This document shows positions 26,414 to 35,260 of a stretch of 64,000 nucleotides of DNA, one piece after another. The stretch is taken from the NCBI GenBank assembly GCA_964439215.1, contig CAYTNY010000001.1, positions 33 to 64,032 of the forward strand, read 5' to 3'. Both the position numbers and the translations under genes were made by a program. The notes under the pieces are model-generated. The model saw nothing but the letters and a program-made list of their open reading frames with translations, was not told the DNA's origin and made no database searches. This stretch comes from an uncultured Spirochaetia bacterium. GTDB taxonomy: Bacteria > Oederibacteriota > PGYV01 > CAYTNY01. Position 1 is the first letter of the stretch, and each line of letters starts with the position of its first letter.

Positions 26414-27787
26414 TCAGTCTATAACAAGTTTATAGTCTTTTATTTTTCTCCAGAGCGTTGACCTTGAAACACCAAGCGCTTTGGAGATTTTTGTATGGTT
26501 TTTCCCGAATCTCTCAAACGCTTTTAATATAACCCTCTTTTCAACCTCCGCAAGATTAAACTCATCATCAATGTTTTTGTCTTTTTCTCCGGATTCAGGA
26601 CTGTCCGGATTATACGCTTCAAGTTCTCTGTAAGGAGTAATATTCTGAAGATGAACCGGCAGGTCTTCCACCGTGATATAATCCCCGTTAGAAAGCGCAA
26701 AAGCATGCTGGATTATATTTTCCATTTCCCTCACATTTCCGGGATAATCATAGTACATAAGTATTGCCTTTGCCTTTTGTTCTATTCCCATTATGTTTTT
26801 TTTATTGAGTTTGTTGTATTTTTCTATAAAAAAACGCACCAGAACAGGTATGTCGTCTTTTCTTTCCCTCAGAGGCGGTATCTCTATATGTATTACATTC
26901 AGCCGGAAAAACAGGTCTTCGCGGAATCTTTTTTCTTTTATCGCCTCTTTCAGATCCTGATTTGTCGCGGCAATTACGCGTATATCAACCTTTTTGGTGT
27001 TTTCATCCCCAAGTCTTCTGACTTCTCTGTACTCCAGCGTCCTGAGAAGTTTTGCCTGAAGCCCGAGGCTCAAATCGCCGATTTCATCAAGAAACAGCGT
27101 GCCCTTATCCGCCAGTTCAATCAGTCCTTTTTTATCCGATACAGCTCCCGTAAACGCCCCTTTTCTGTATCCAAACAGCTCTGATTCAAGAAGATTTTCA
27201 GGAATAGCCGCGGAATTCACCGCTATAAAAGGATTATTGGACCTGCCGCTCATTTCATAAAGCGCCCTTGCAATCAATTCCTTTCCTGTTCCGGTTTCTC
27301 CCGTAATAAGAATATTGCTGTTATTTGAAGCAACTTTCTTTACAATTCCCGTAACCTTTCTGATCTTCTCGGAATTTCCCACAAACCTGTTTTCGAAATA
27401 TTCCAATGCGTCCATATCCTCTTCCCGTTCTTTTTCCATAAACGCTTTTTCCGCAAGGTATTTAATTTCATTCAGATTTATGGGTTTTGATATATAGGCA
27501 AATCCGGCCCGGCCCGCCATTTCTATTGCTTTGTTTATTTTTTCCCTGCCGCTTACAACCACAACTTTAAGCGAAGGGGTTCTTCTTTTTATGAAATTTA
27601 TTATGTCCAGTTCCAGCTCTTCCACGATGTCAATGTCAAGTATAAGAAGTTTGAAATTACTCTGTATCTTGTTCATGAGTGATCCGGAATCCGTGACAAT
27701 ATAAGGAGAATAAGACAACTCATCAAAAAAATTGTTTATTCTTATGGCATCATCTTTATCTGTAAGCGCAACAAGTATTTTCCCCAT
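26414..27787 (-). CDS. Sigma54-dependent Fis-family response regulator (NtrC-like, REC-AAA-HTH)
   Basis: Walker A GETGTGKELIARALYE. Sigma54-contact GAFTGA motif (ESELFGYRKGAFTGA). C-terminal Fis HTH KALGVSRSTLWRKIKDY. N-terminal receiver-like domain. No histidine kinase adjacent. Confidence 0.85.
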   Translation of the reverse strand: MGKILVALTDKDDAIRINNFFDELSYSPYIVTDSGSLMNKIQSNFKLLILDIDIVEELELDIINFIKRRTPSLKVVVVSGREKINKAIEMAGRAGFAYISKPINLNEIKYLAEKAFMEKEREEDMDALEYFENRFVGNSEKIRKVTGIVKKVASNNSNILITGETGTGKELIARALYEMSGRSNNPFIAVNSAAIPENLLESELFGYRKGAFTGAVSDKKGLIELADKGTLFLDEIGDLSLGLQAKLLRTLEYREVRRLGDENTKKVDIRVIAATNQDLKEAIKEKRFREDLFFRLNVIHIEIPPLRERKDDIPVLVRFFIEKYNKLNKKNIMGIEQKAKAILMYYDYPGNVREMENIIQHAFALSNGDYITVEDLPVHLQNITPYRELEAYNPDSPESGEKDKNIDDEFNLAEVEKRVILKAFERFGKNHTKISKALGVSRSTLWRKIKDYKLVID

Positions 27788-27794
27788 CTTAAAG

Positions 27795-30149
27795 CTATTC
27801 TCCTTTGATCTGCTTTCTTAGATCCAGTAAACCGCTGTCTTCCGGAAATGTTTTTATTCCGCGATCCAAAACATTCAATGCTTGTTTTTTGTTTCCTTTT
27901 GTATAATACACATATGCTTCAAAACTATAAAGTTCCGCGGAATTTGTTTCATTTTTTGCTTTTTTGAAGTTCTCCAGTGCTTTTTCATACCTCTTTGTTT
28001 GAAAATAAAACACTCCCAGATTCCTATATATTATACCTTCCTTATAATCATTTTCAAGTAAAAAATCCGCAATGTATTCTGCTTTCCGGTATTCATTTTG
28101 AGTCAGTTTTTCGCCTTTTGAAAGCATTTCAGTAAGCTTAGCCATTGCAATTTCAAACCATTTGCTGTTATCTGATTCTTTCAGCGATTTAAGCAGAGCA
28201 GCAACCCTGCTGTTTTCACTTCCCATTGATACTGCTTTTTTCAGATTTTCACCGGCTTTTTCAAAGATTCCAAGATTAAAATATATTCCTCCAAGATGCT
28301 CAAAAACCCTGGGATTGCTTTCTTCTTTTTCCGCGGCTAAAATAAGATATTTCATTTCATTTTTAAAATCATCAAGATTTGAATAAGCAAGAGCAATATT
28401 ATAAAAGATCATTGATTCCGGCTTGTCCACAGGGAACAAAAGCGCTTTTTTATAAAGTTTTACCGCTTCCTCCGGATAACCCGACGCATTCAGTGCATTT
28501 GCCTGATTTACCATACTTACGGGGTACCATCCTATCAGATCATTATTGTTCTTTGTAAGCCTCGCAAAATCTTCAAACACCCCCCTATACGAATATCTTT
28601 CAAAAACATCCGGACCATAAAGCCTCTGTTTTTTTGATATCCTCAGCAGTATGCCTTTCTGGGAAAAAACAAACCCTTCAGGCGGATGCTCCATTTCAGG
28701 CAGATAGCTGCTCCTGTAAACCGCTTCATCCGGAGAATAAAACCGCACAATCTCAGCAATATTTTCCGCGGTCTTAAACGGCGTCATTTTTATATCACCG
28801 TATCTGCCGGAAAAATCCTCAATACCCCAGTCAAATATAATAAAAGAAGATGTAGCAAACTTAACATCCTTTCGTCTTTTCTGTACTTCCATAATATAAT
28901 ACAGCGGCATAAGGTTATAATCGCCGTCAGCTATATAGACGCCGTCTTTTTCCACGGTCCTTAAAATATTATATCCGTAATCATAGGATAGATAATCCTC
29001 TTTATAATCATTTTTTATGAAATTGGACCAAAACATAAGAACCCCGCCGGCCGCGGCAAGAACAATAAAAAGTTTTTTATACCGCCGGCCCCTTATTCTT
29101 GTGTAAATATACGCTATTCCTGCTGAAATAAAAAGCCCTGCCAGATAGACCGCGGGCATAAGAAAAATATATATCAGCCAGATAACGCCTTCCTGTGTTC
29201 TGTTAAGAAAAACAACCGCAAATATTATAATAAAAGCAGCTGCCGCCAGAAGAACCGATATTCCGCGCGCCCTCTTATAGCCGGCATAAATACCGGCCGG
29301 CAGAAAAACACACAGCACCGAAAAATTCACGGCAAAAAGATATAAAAAATGCTTTACCTGGTATAAATACACATCAGCGGAAGGCGTGACAGGATTAACA
29401 TATCCCCGGCGCAGAACAACCCATAAGAATCCGGATAAGCCGGAAGAAGGATCGCCCCAGTTAAAAACAGGATCAGAAGATGACCTGATAACAAGAAATA
29501 AATACGGCGTGAGCCCTGCCAGAAAAAACAGCGCGGAAATAATATAATTTTTCCCTGATGTCTTTTTGCGGAAAATATATAGACAGGAAGCAAAAACCGG
29601 CGCTAATATTATCATGCTGGGCCAGTGATTGGAAAGGGACAAGCCATAGATATAGGATGACATATATATATATACAGGCGTCTTTGCGCTTTTTGCCTTA
29701 AGCATGGAAAAAATAATAACCGCAAGAAACAGCAGGTTCAGCATATAAATACTTCCCTTTGCCTCTGTTCCCTGATTCCAGAAAATATAGGAAAACGCCG
29801 TTAAAACCGCTCCCGCCCCCGCCCATATGCGCATACCGCTTCCGAAAATATTTATATTAAGCATGATCAGTATTCTGTAAGTCATATAAAGTATTATCAT
29901 CCCCAGAAACGAAGAAAAAACATTCATTCGGAACGCCGGAGACGCAAAAGAAGGCAGGCAGGCGATCTTCCCTGCCATTGTGTGCAGAGGATAAGCCGGA
30001 GGATGCGCTATGCCCAGAGTGTATGCCGCAGCCGCGGTCTCGGGCGAATCATTGTTTTTAAACACAGGGTTCATCGTGTGAAGATAAACACCGAATATAA
30101 AAACCACAACAACCACAGCCGCCGTATATGTTATTGGCTTTTGCTTCAT
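27795..30149 (-). CDS. DUF2723-family (TMEM260/GT-C-like) polytopic membrane protein fused to C-terminal TPR repeats
   Basis: N-terminal motif AYTLGIAHPPAYPLHTMAG typical of DUF2723. About 11 TM helices over the first ~400 aa. C-terminal ~300 aa of TPR-like repeats. Confidence 0.6.
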   Translation of the reverse strand: MKQKPITYTAAVVVVVFIFGVYLHTMNPVFKNNDSPETAAAAYTLGIAHPPAYPLHTMAGKIACLPSFASPAFRMNVFSSFLGMIILYMTYRILIMLNINIFGSGMRIWAGAGAVLTAFSYIFWNQGTEAKGSIYMLNLLFLAVIIFSMLKAKSAKTPVYIYMSSYIYGLSLSNHWPSMIILAPVFASCLYIFRKKTSGKNYIISALFFLAGLTPYLFLVIRSSSDPVFNWGDPSSGLSGFLWVVLRRGYVNPVTPSADVYLYQVKHFLYLFAVNFSVLCVFLPAGIYAGYKRARGISVLLAAAAFIIIFAVVFLNRTQEGVIWLIYIFLMPAVYLAGLFISAGIAYIYTRIRGRRYKKLFIVLAAAGGVLMFWSNFIKNDYKEDYLSYDYGYNILRTVEKDGVYIADGDYNLMPLYYIMEVQKRRKDVKFATSSFIIFDWGIEDFSGRYGDIKMTPFKTAENIAEIVRFYSPDEAVYRSSYLPEMEHPPEGFVFSQKGILLRISKKQRLYGPDVFERYSYRGVFEDFARLTKNNNDLIGWYPVSMVNQANALNASGYPEEAVKLYKKALLFPVDKPESMIFYNIALAYSNLDDFKNEMKYLILAAEKEESNPRVFEHLGGIYFNLGIFEKAGENLKKAVSMGSENSRVAALLKSLKESDNSKWFEIAMAKLTEMLSKGEKLTQNEYRKAEYIADFLLENDYKEGIIYRNLGVFYFQTKRYEKALENFKKAKNETNSAELYSFEAYVYYTKGNKKQALNVLDRGIKTFPEDSGLLDLRKQIKGE

Positions 30150-30201
30150 AAAATCCCCTTTATATCCCGGATAACCGCAGGCTTCAAATGCGGTCCGGTT
30201 T

Positions 30202-32070
30202 TTATTCCGGTCCTTGTTCTGTTTTAATTATTGCTTTTATATAAGGATCCATTTTTCCGTCATCACCGTTAAACCGAATATACTTTTCAGCTGTTTTTTT
30301 CGCGTTTTCTGTATCACCGGCCGCCATATACGCGGTTATAAGGTTTATATAAGCCGTTTCATAGTGCGGCGCCGCAAAAACAGCGGTTTCAAGATGCTGT
30401 ATCGCTTCTTTGAGGCTGCCGGTGCCCTCCGCGGACAGCTGCCCGGAAAGCGCGCCGAACATATTATTCACTTCAGGACAATACGGATTTATTTCCAGGT
30501 CTTTTTTATAATATTCATAGGCTTTTTTCGGATACCCGGCCTGCCGGTAGGCTTCCGCCGCATAATAATACTGAGCAACATCTGTCTGCGGGCAAAGCTC
30601 AACGTTATTCTGCTCAACTATACGCTCATAATAATTTATAGCGCTTTTATAATGCCCGCTTTTGACCAGACGGTTGGCCTGCTTAAGATATATGTTTGAC
30701 GCGGCCGCTTTTCCGTCCGCAGCCGCCGAAAACATTATCAGAAAAGCCGATGCAGCAGCTCCGGCTATGGCGCCTTTTTTTCCTATGCCGGCGCTTTTTA
30801 ATGACCGCTCTTTCTTATATGCCGACACAAAAAATATGAGTATAAAAAAATAAAGTGTTGTCGCCGGAATATTGTAAAAAGTATTAAACAGCGAAGCGCC
30901 CAGCAGCGCAGCAGCGCCCGAAACCGCTCCAGCAAGAAAAGGATCGCCTCTTTTTCTTATATAAAAACTCCTGTAAGCGGAATAAAACAATACCGCAACA
31001 ACGGCAAGAAAGGCCCCCAGCCCTAAAATACCCGTTTCCGAGGCTATAAGTATATAATTCTGATGAGGCATCCAGGTCACCACATAATCATATTTATCGT
31101 TTTTTGGATCATTTAAAAGTATTCCCTGGTAATGCGGAAAATTCAGTCTGTACATACCCATGCCTTTGCCTTTAACCGGTGATTCTTTGATCATGAGCCA
31201 TCCGGCTTCCCACATAAGAAACCTGTGTATCACAGACCGCTGCTTGCCTTCAAGAAATCTTTTTGATTCTGCCAAAACAGCCGGATATACGGCGGCGCCG
31301 CCGATAATAAGCGCAAGCAGCGCGGCGGCAGCTGCCTTTTTGCGCCGTTTAATGAACATTTTCACATGACTGCCTTTTAATGTCAGCCATAAGATTGCAA
31401 ACAAAGCCATGCCGCCCGCAAAACCTATGTAAGTACCCGCCACTTTTGCGTATAAAAATACCGCGAACATAACAACAAACCCCGCACCCGCGGCAGCCTT
31501 ATGTTTTTTTCCCAAAACCGCGTAAGACAGCAGAAGAAACATCGGTATAAGAAGCTGTGACGCAAAAAAATTAGGATTGCCGATGGTGCCCATGGGCCGC
31601 CCCTGAAAATTTGTGTTCCAGCTGAAAATATCCGCATCAAATCTCTGAGCAAGCCCGTAAACCGCCATTATCACATGGACAAAAAACACTAAAAACAGCA
31701 TTCTTCTGCCGTCATTTTCATCGGAAACGTTCCAGATAAAATAGGCCCCGAAAATAAAAAGTACAAGTTCAAAAGCATACTTGGAGGCGATCTGCGCATT
31801 CATCGCCCATGCAACGGAAAGAACCGCGATAACCGCATATAAGAACGCGGGAAAAAGAGCAGGATTGATTTTTACCTCAAATCCCCCTCTGCGCCGCGCT
31901 TCAAGAAAATACAGCAAAAAGAAAAAAGGCAGAAAAAGACGCGCGGCCATAAGCTGGGCAGGGCCGAAAGGATCAAAAAACGGCTGAAAAAAAACCACGG
32001 GGATAAACAGAATTATGAAATTAAGAATATTTTTTCTTAAAAGAATTAACAGCCTGAGATTCAATATCAC
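30202..32070 (-). CDS. O-antigen ligase (Wzy_C)-domain membrane protein fused to C-terminal TPR repeats
   Basis: Multi-TM N-terminal region with Wzy_C hallmarks (GNPNFFASQLL; MPHQNYILIASETGILGLGAFL). C-terminal ~200 aa TPR repeats (KSAINYYERIVEQN...AEAYRQAGYPKKAYEYYKKDLEINP). Confidence 0.6.
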   Translation of the reverse strand: MILNLRLLILLRKNILNFIILFIPVVFFQPFFDPFGPAQLMAARLFLPFFFLLYFLEARRRGGFEVKINPALFPAFLYAVIAVLSVAWAMNAQIASKYAFELVLFIFGAYFIWNVSDENDGRRMLFLVFFVHVIMAVYGLAQRFDADIFSWNTNFQGRPMGTIGNPNFFASQLLIPMFLLLSYAVLGKKHKAAAGAGFVVMFAVFLYAKVAGTYIGFAGGMALFAILWLTLKGSHVKMFIKRRKKAAAAALLALIIGGAAVYPAVLAESKRFLEGKQRSVIHRFLMWEAGWLMIKESPVKGKGMGMYRLNFPHYQGILLNDPKNDKYDYVVTWMPHQNYILIASETGILGLGAFLAVVAVLFYSAYRSFYIRKRGDPFLAGAVSGAAALLGASLFNTFYNIPATTLYFFILIFFVSAYKKERSLKSAGIGKKGAIAGAAASAFLIMFSAAADGKAAASNIYLKQANRLVKSGHYKSAINYYERIVEQNNVELCPQTDVAQYYYAAEAYRQAGYPKKAYEYYKKDLEINPYCPEVNNMFGALSGQLSAEGTGSLKEAIQHLETAVFAAPHYETAYINLITAYMAAGDTENAKKTAEKYIRFNGDDGKMDPYIKAIIKTEQGPE

Positions 32071-33083
32071 AGCCCGTAATAATCCCCTTCATTTATGGCC
32101 GCACCCGCGGCCCCTATCGCACCCGCAAGCTCTCCCAGTTTCGCAGGAACAATAACCGCGTCCGAAAACGGAGCAGCAAACGCTTTTTTTCCTGTTTCTT
32201 TCCTGAGCGGCGTAAAAAGCCTGTTCCCCGCATTTATTACTCCCCCCGCAATAACAACGACTTCCGGATTTAGAGTGTTTAATATTCCGGCCAGAGACGC
32301 GGATAAATGCCGGATAAAATCATCCCATACTTCCAGGGCGACCTTATCTTTATTTAAAAGCGCTTCATAAACTGTTTTTGATGTTATTTTGTTCATGTCC
32401 CCTTTTGCAATCTGCACTATCATTGACTGTCTTTTTTCTCTTATTTTTTCTTTTGCCGACTCCGCAATGGCCGTAGCCGAAGCATACGCTTCAATACACC
32501 CTGAAGCCCCGCAGGAGCATTTTTTCCCGTTTATATCAATTATGGTATGCCCTATCTCGCCGGCCGTGCCGGAATTCCCCCTGTGCAGCCTGTTATTAAG
32601 TATTATGCCTCCGCCGACGCCGGTACCCAGCGTCAGGCCGACCACATCAGCGGCGCCTTTTGCCGCGCCTGTCCATTTTTCTCCGTATACCGCGCAGTTC
32701 GCGTCGTTTTCCACCGCTGTTTTTATGCCTGTCTTTTTTTCAATTTTTTGTTTTAATTTTATATCTTTCCATCCCGGCATATTCGGAGCAAGCCTGACAA
32801 TTCCTTTTTTACTGTCCAGCGGGCCGGGCACGCCTATACCCATTCTTTTAACATTTTGTTTTTTTATGCCCGCGGATCTGATAATACCGTTGATTTTTTC
32901 CGCCATATTGTCAATTATAAAATCCGGACCCTTTGCCGCTTCTGTTTCCATGCGCTCTGTTCTGACTACTTTACCCTTATAAGTAATCAGAACAAGAACA
33001 ATATTTGTGCCTCCAAGATCCACGCCTACGGCGTATTCAGCTTCCGGCTTCTTTGAGTTCTGCTTTTTCTTTTTTAAAGTCAT
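32067..33083 (-). CDS. ROK-family sugar kinase (glucokinase-like)
   Basis: ROK motifs VGVDLGGTNI, GIGVPGPLD and CSCGASGCIEAYAS. Lys-rich N-terminal extension. Overlaps the downstream ligase-like gene by 4 nt. Confidence 0.8.
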   Translation of the reverse strand: MTLKKKKQNSKKPEAEYAVGVDLGGTNIVLVLITYKGKVVRTERMETEAAKGPDFIIDNMAEKINGIIRSAGIKKQNVKRMGIGVPGPLDSKKGIVRLAPNMPGWKDIKLKQKIEKKTGIKTAVENDANCAVYGEKWTGAAKGAADVVGLTLGTGVGGGIILNNRLHRGNSGTAGEIGHTIIDINGKKCSCGASGCIEAYASATAIAESAKEKIREKRQSMIVQIAKGDMNKITSKTVYEALLNKDKVALEVWDDFIRHLSASLAGILNTLNPEVVVIAGGVINAGNRLFTPLRKETGKKAFAAPFSDAVIVPAKLGELAGAIGAAGAAINEGDYYGL

Positions 33084-33136
33084 TTTTTCTCCCTGCCTGT
33101 TTTTTTATTTCAAAAGAAAAAAAACGGACTGAAAAA

Positions 33137-33220
33137 TTGGTGCGAGGAGCGGGACTTGAACCCGCACCGGTCGCCCGACATGGCCCTCAACCATGCGTGT
33201 CTACCATTCCACCACCCTCG
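33137..33220 (-). tRNA. tRNA-Leu (anticodon GAG)
   Basis: Hand-folded cloverleaf: acceptor stem GCGAGGG/UCCUCGC with a G-U pair, discriminator A, encoded CCA, 3-bp D-stem, anticodon stem CAUGG/CCAUG, loop UUGAGGG, long variable arm, T-stem GCGGG/CCCGC with a UUCAAGU loop. Confidence 0.85.
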
Positions 33221-33242
33221 CGCCGATTATATCATTTCCCTT

Positions 33243-33668
33243 CTATTCATCAATAATCCTGTAATCAACAGGCTTTGCGTTTCTTTTATCAGGAACGAAA
33301 ATACCCAGTATCATGGAGAGTATGCTGTAAAAAACAGAGCCAGCGACAGCGCCCCAGAAACTTTTAACCTCAAAACCGTTCACAAGCAGCCCTGCCAGCG
33401 CAAACATAACTCCATTAATAACAAAAGTAAGCAGGCCAAATGATAACACGTTTATGGGCAAAGTCAATAATAAAACAAACGGCTTAATAAACACATTTAT
33501 GACGGCAATAACAGCCGCGGCAGCCATTAAAATCACCAGACCTTCCAGGCCGTCGGCTTTTATCTCCAGGCCCTTTATCGTCTTCACAACAAGAAAAAGA
33601 GCAAAAGTATTCAAAAACCATTTTATGACAAGCGCTTTGGCATTATAGTCCCGCAATTCCACAACCAT
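33243..33668 (-). CDS. PF04020 (phage_holin_4_2 / YvlD-like) 4-TM membrane protein
   Basis: 141 aa, four hydrophobic helices in the pattern typical of the YvlD/DUF360 holin-like family. Its start lies 26 nt inside the 3' end of the cNMP-binding gene. Confidence 0.6.
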   Translation of the reverse strand: MVVELRDYNAKALVIKWFLNTFALFLVVKTIKGLEIKADGLEGLVILMAAAAVIAVINVFIKPFVLLLTLPINVLSFGLLTFVINGVMFALAGLLVNGFEVKSFWGAVAGSVFYSILSMILGIFVPDKRNAKPVDYRIIDE

Positions 33669-34107
33669 CCTTCACCAGCCTTTTATCCGCGTCTCTCAGC
33701 CGCTGAATAAGCACTTTGATAAATACTTCATTAAGCTTGACCACGACAGCGGGATAATCTTTTTTAAAAGAATTATAATCTCTTCCCGAAAAACGTATCA
33801 TTTTACAGGGTTTAATGGCAACTGCCGATGCGCTCCGCGGCGCGGGCACCATCATTGCCATCTCGCCGAAAAATTCGCCTTCCCTCAGATTGGCAATAAC
33901 CTTTTCCTCGGTCTTGTGTTTTTTTGTGATCTTCACCGCGCCCTCCGCTATTATATACATGGCATCATCACCTATCTGATTCTCCATAAAAATCCCGTCC
34001 CCGGTTTCAAACTCCTCCCAAAGCAGCCGTTCAGAAAAAACCTTTAATTCTTCCTCCGTGAAAATTCCGAAAAATTTCTGTTTTTTCAACACTTCAGCAT
34101 CAACCAT
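33643..34107 (-). CDS. Stand-alone cyclic-nucleotide-binding (CAP effector-domain) protein
   Basis: Phosphate-binding cassette GEFFGEMAMMVPAPRSASAVA. 154 aa with no output domain. Start is 1 nt after the rsmD stop. Confidence 0.75.
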   Translation of the reverse strand: MVDAEVLKKQKFFGIFTEEELKVFSERLLWEEFETGDGIFMENQIGDDAMYIIAEGAVKITKKHKTEEKVIANLREGEFFGEMAMMVPAPRSASAVAIKPCKMIRFSGRDYNSFKKDYPAVVVKLNEVFIKVLIQRLRDADKRLVKDGCGIAGL

Positions 34108-34108
34108 C

Positions 34109-34672
34109 TCATACCGCCTTTTCGAAAATTATTACATGCGTATCACTGTAATTTTTTTCTTTTATTTTCCTGAAAAAATCAGGCGTTTCAATCTCAGCAG
34201 CTTCGCTTTTATGCACTTCCAGAACACACAGCGAACCTTTAATTAAAATACCATTTAACTGCGTATTTTTCAAGATTTTTGACGCATACCCTTTGTTATA
34301 AGGAGGATCCGCCATAAATATTTCCGCTGTTATGCCTTTTTGGTGTATTTTCTGAAGCGCTTTTTGAAAGCTGCAGGAAAATATTTCATATTGTTTTTTT
34401 CCCGCCCCTGTTTTGCGAAGATTTTTCTCTATCAGTTCCCGTGTACTGTCATCTATAAATAAAACTTTTTCCGCTTCATTGCTCAGCGCTTCCAGCCCGT
34501 AAGCGCCGGTGCCCGCAAAACAGTCAATAACCGTACTGCCCGCGAGCTTTTCTCTGAGCATATTAAAAACTGCCTGCCTGACCCTGGCAAGCGAGGGCCT
34601 TGTATGCCGTCCGGGCGGCGAAAATATCTTAAACCCATTGTAACGCCCGCTTGTTATTTTCATCTTATTCAC
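34109..34672 (-). CDS. rsmD: 16S rRNA (guanine966-N2)-methyltransferase RsmD
   Basis: SAM motif VIDCFAGTGAYGLEALS and the DPPY motif (ADPPYNKG). 187 aa. Confidence 0.85.
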   Translation of the reverse strand: MNKMKITSGRYNGFKIFSPPGRHTRPSLARVRQAVFNMLREKLAGSTVIDCFAGTGAYGLEALSNEAEKVLFIDDSTRELIEKNLRKTGAGKKQYEIFSCSFQKALQKIHQKGITAEIFMADPPYNKGYASKILKNTQLNGILIKGSLCVLEVHKSEAAEIETPDFFRKIKEKNYSDTHVIIFEKAV

Positions 34673-34730
34673 CGGGCCTTCCTATCCTGATAAAAAACAC
34701 ACGCCTGCCGTACGATCTTAACCAACAGGC

Positions 34731-35237
34731 TTATTTTTTCTTTTTAGCCGTTTTTTTCTTTTTTACTGTTTTCTTTTTCGGAGACGCTTTTTTTGCCGTT
34801 TTTTCAACTGATTTTTTAACAGTTTTTTTCACGGTTTTTTTGGCTTTTTTCTTTTTAGGCGGCTCCGGCATAACAAAACTCTTTACTTTTGTTTTTCTGG
34901 TGTTAAGACACTTTATACAGTTTTGGGCAAAAGGAACCGCTTTCAGCCTTTCCATGGATATATTTCCGCCGCAGTTATTGCATTTTCCGTAATTATTCCT
35001 TTTTATTCTTTCGAGCCCGTCCTCTATATCGCCCAACAGCTGTTTGTTTTTCTCAGTCAGGTCGTACTGCAGTTCTTTTTCATATATATTGCTTGCCGTA
35101 TCCGCAAAATCCTGCGCGTCGCCTTTGAAGCTGTCAGAGCTTTCTATTTCTTCGTTCTGTCTTTTGATTTCATTGATCTTTTCTTTTTTCATACGGAGAA
35201 GCATTGCTTTAAGTTCTTTTTTTCTTTTTCCATCCAC
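34731..35237 (-). CDS. DksA/TraR-type C4 zinc-finger protein with a histone-H1-like Lys/Ala-rich C-terminal tail
   Basis: Zinc finger CNNCGGNISMERLKAVPFAQNCIKC. C-terminal 45 aa KKKKAKKTVKKTVKKSVEKTAKKASPKKKTVKKKKTAKKKK. Confidence 0.7.
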   Translation of the reverse strand: MDGKRKKELKAMLLRMKKEKINEIKRQNEEIESSDSFKGDAQDFADTASNIYEKELQYDLTEKNKQLLGDIEDGLERIKRNNYGKCNNCGGNISMERLKAVPFAQNCIKCLNTRKTKVKSFVMPEPPKKKKAKKTVKKTVKKSVEKTAKKASPKKKTVKKKKTAKKKK

Positions 35238-35260
35238 GGGTCTCTCTCCTTTTTTTGTGA

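Noticed and set aside
32389-32982. 197-aa plus-strand ORF opposite the ROK kinase
   Set aside because: Shadow ORF. The ROK kinase on the minus strand has clear ROK motifs.
33084-33242. Genomic-island boundary at tRNA-Leu
   Set aside because: Genes on both sides are housekeeping or co-directional with the tRNA. No integrase and no direct repeat of the tRNA 3' end were seen.
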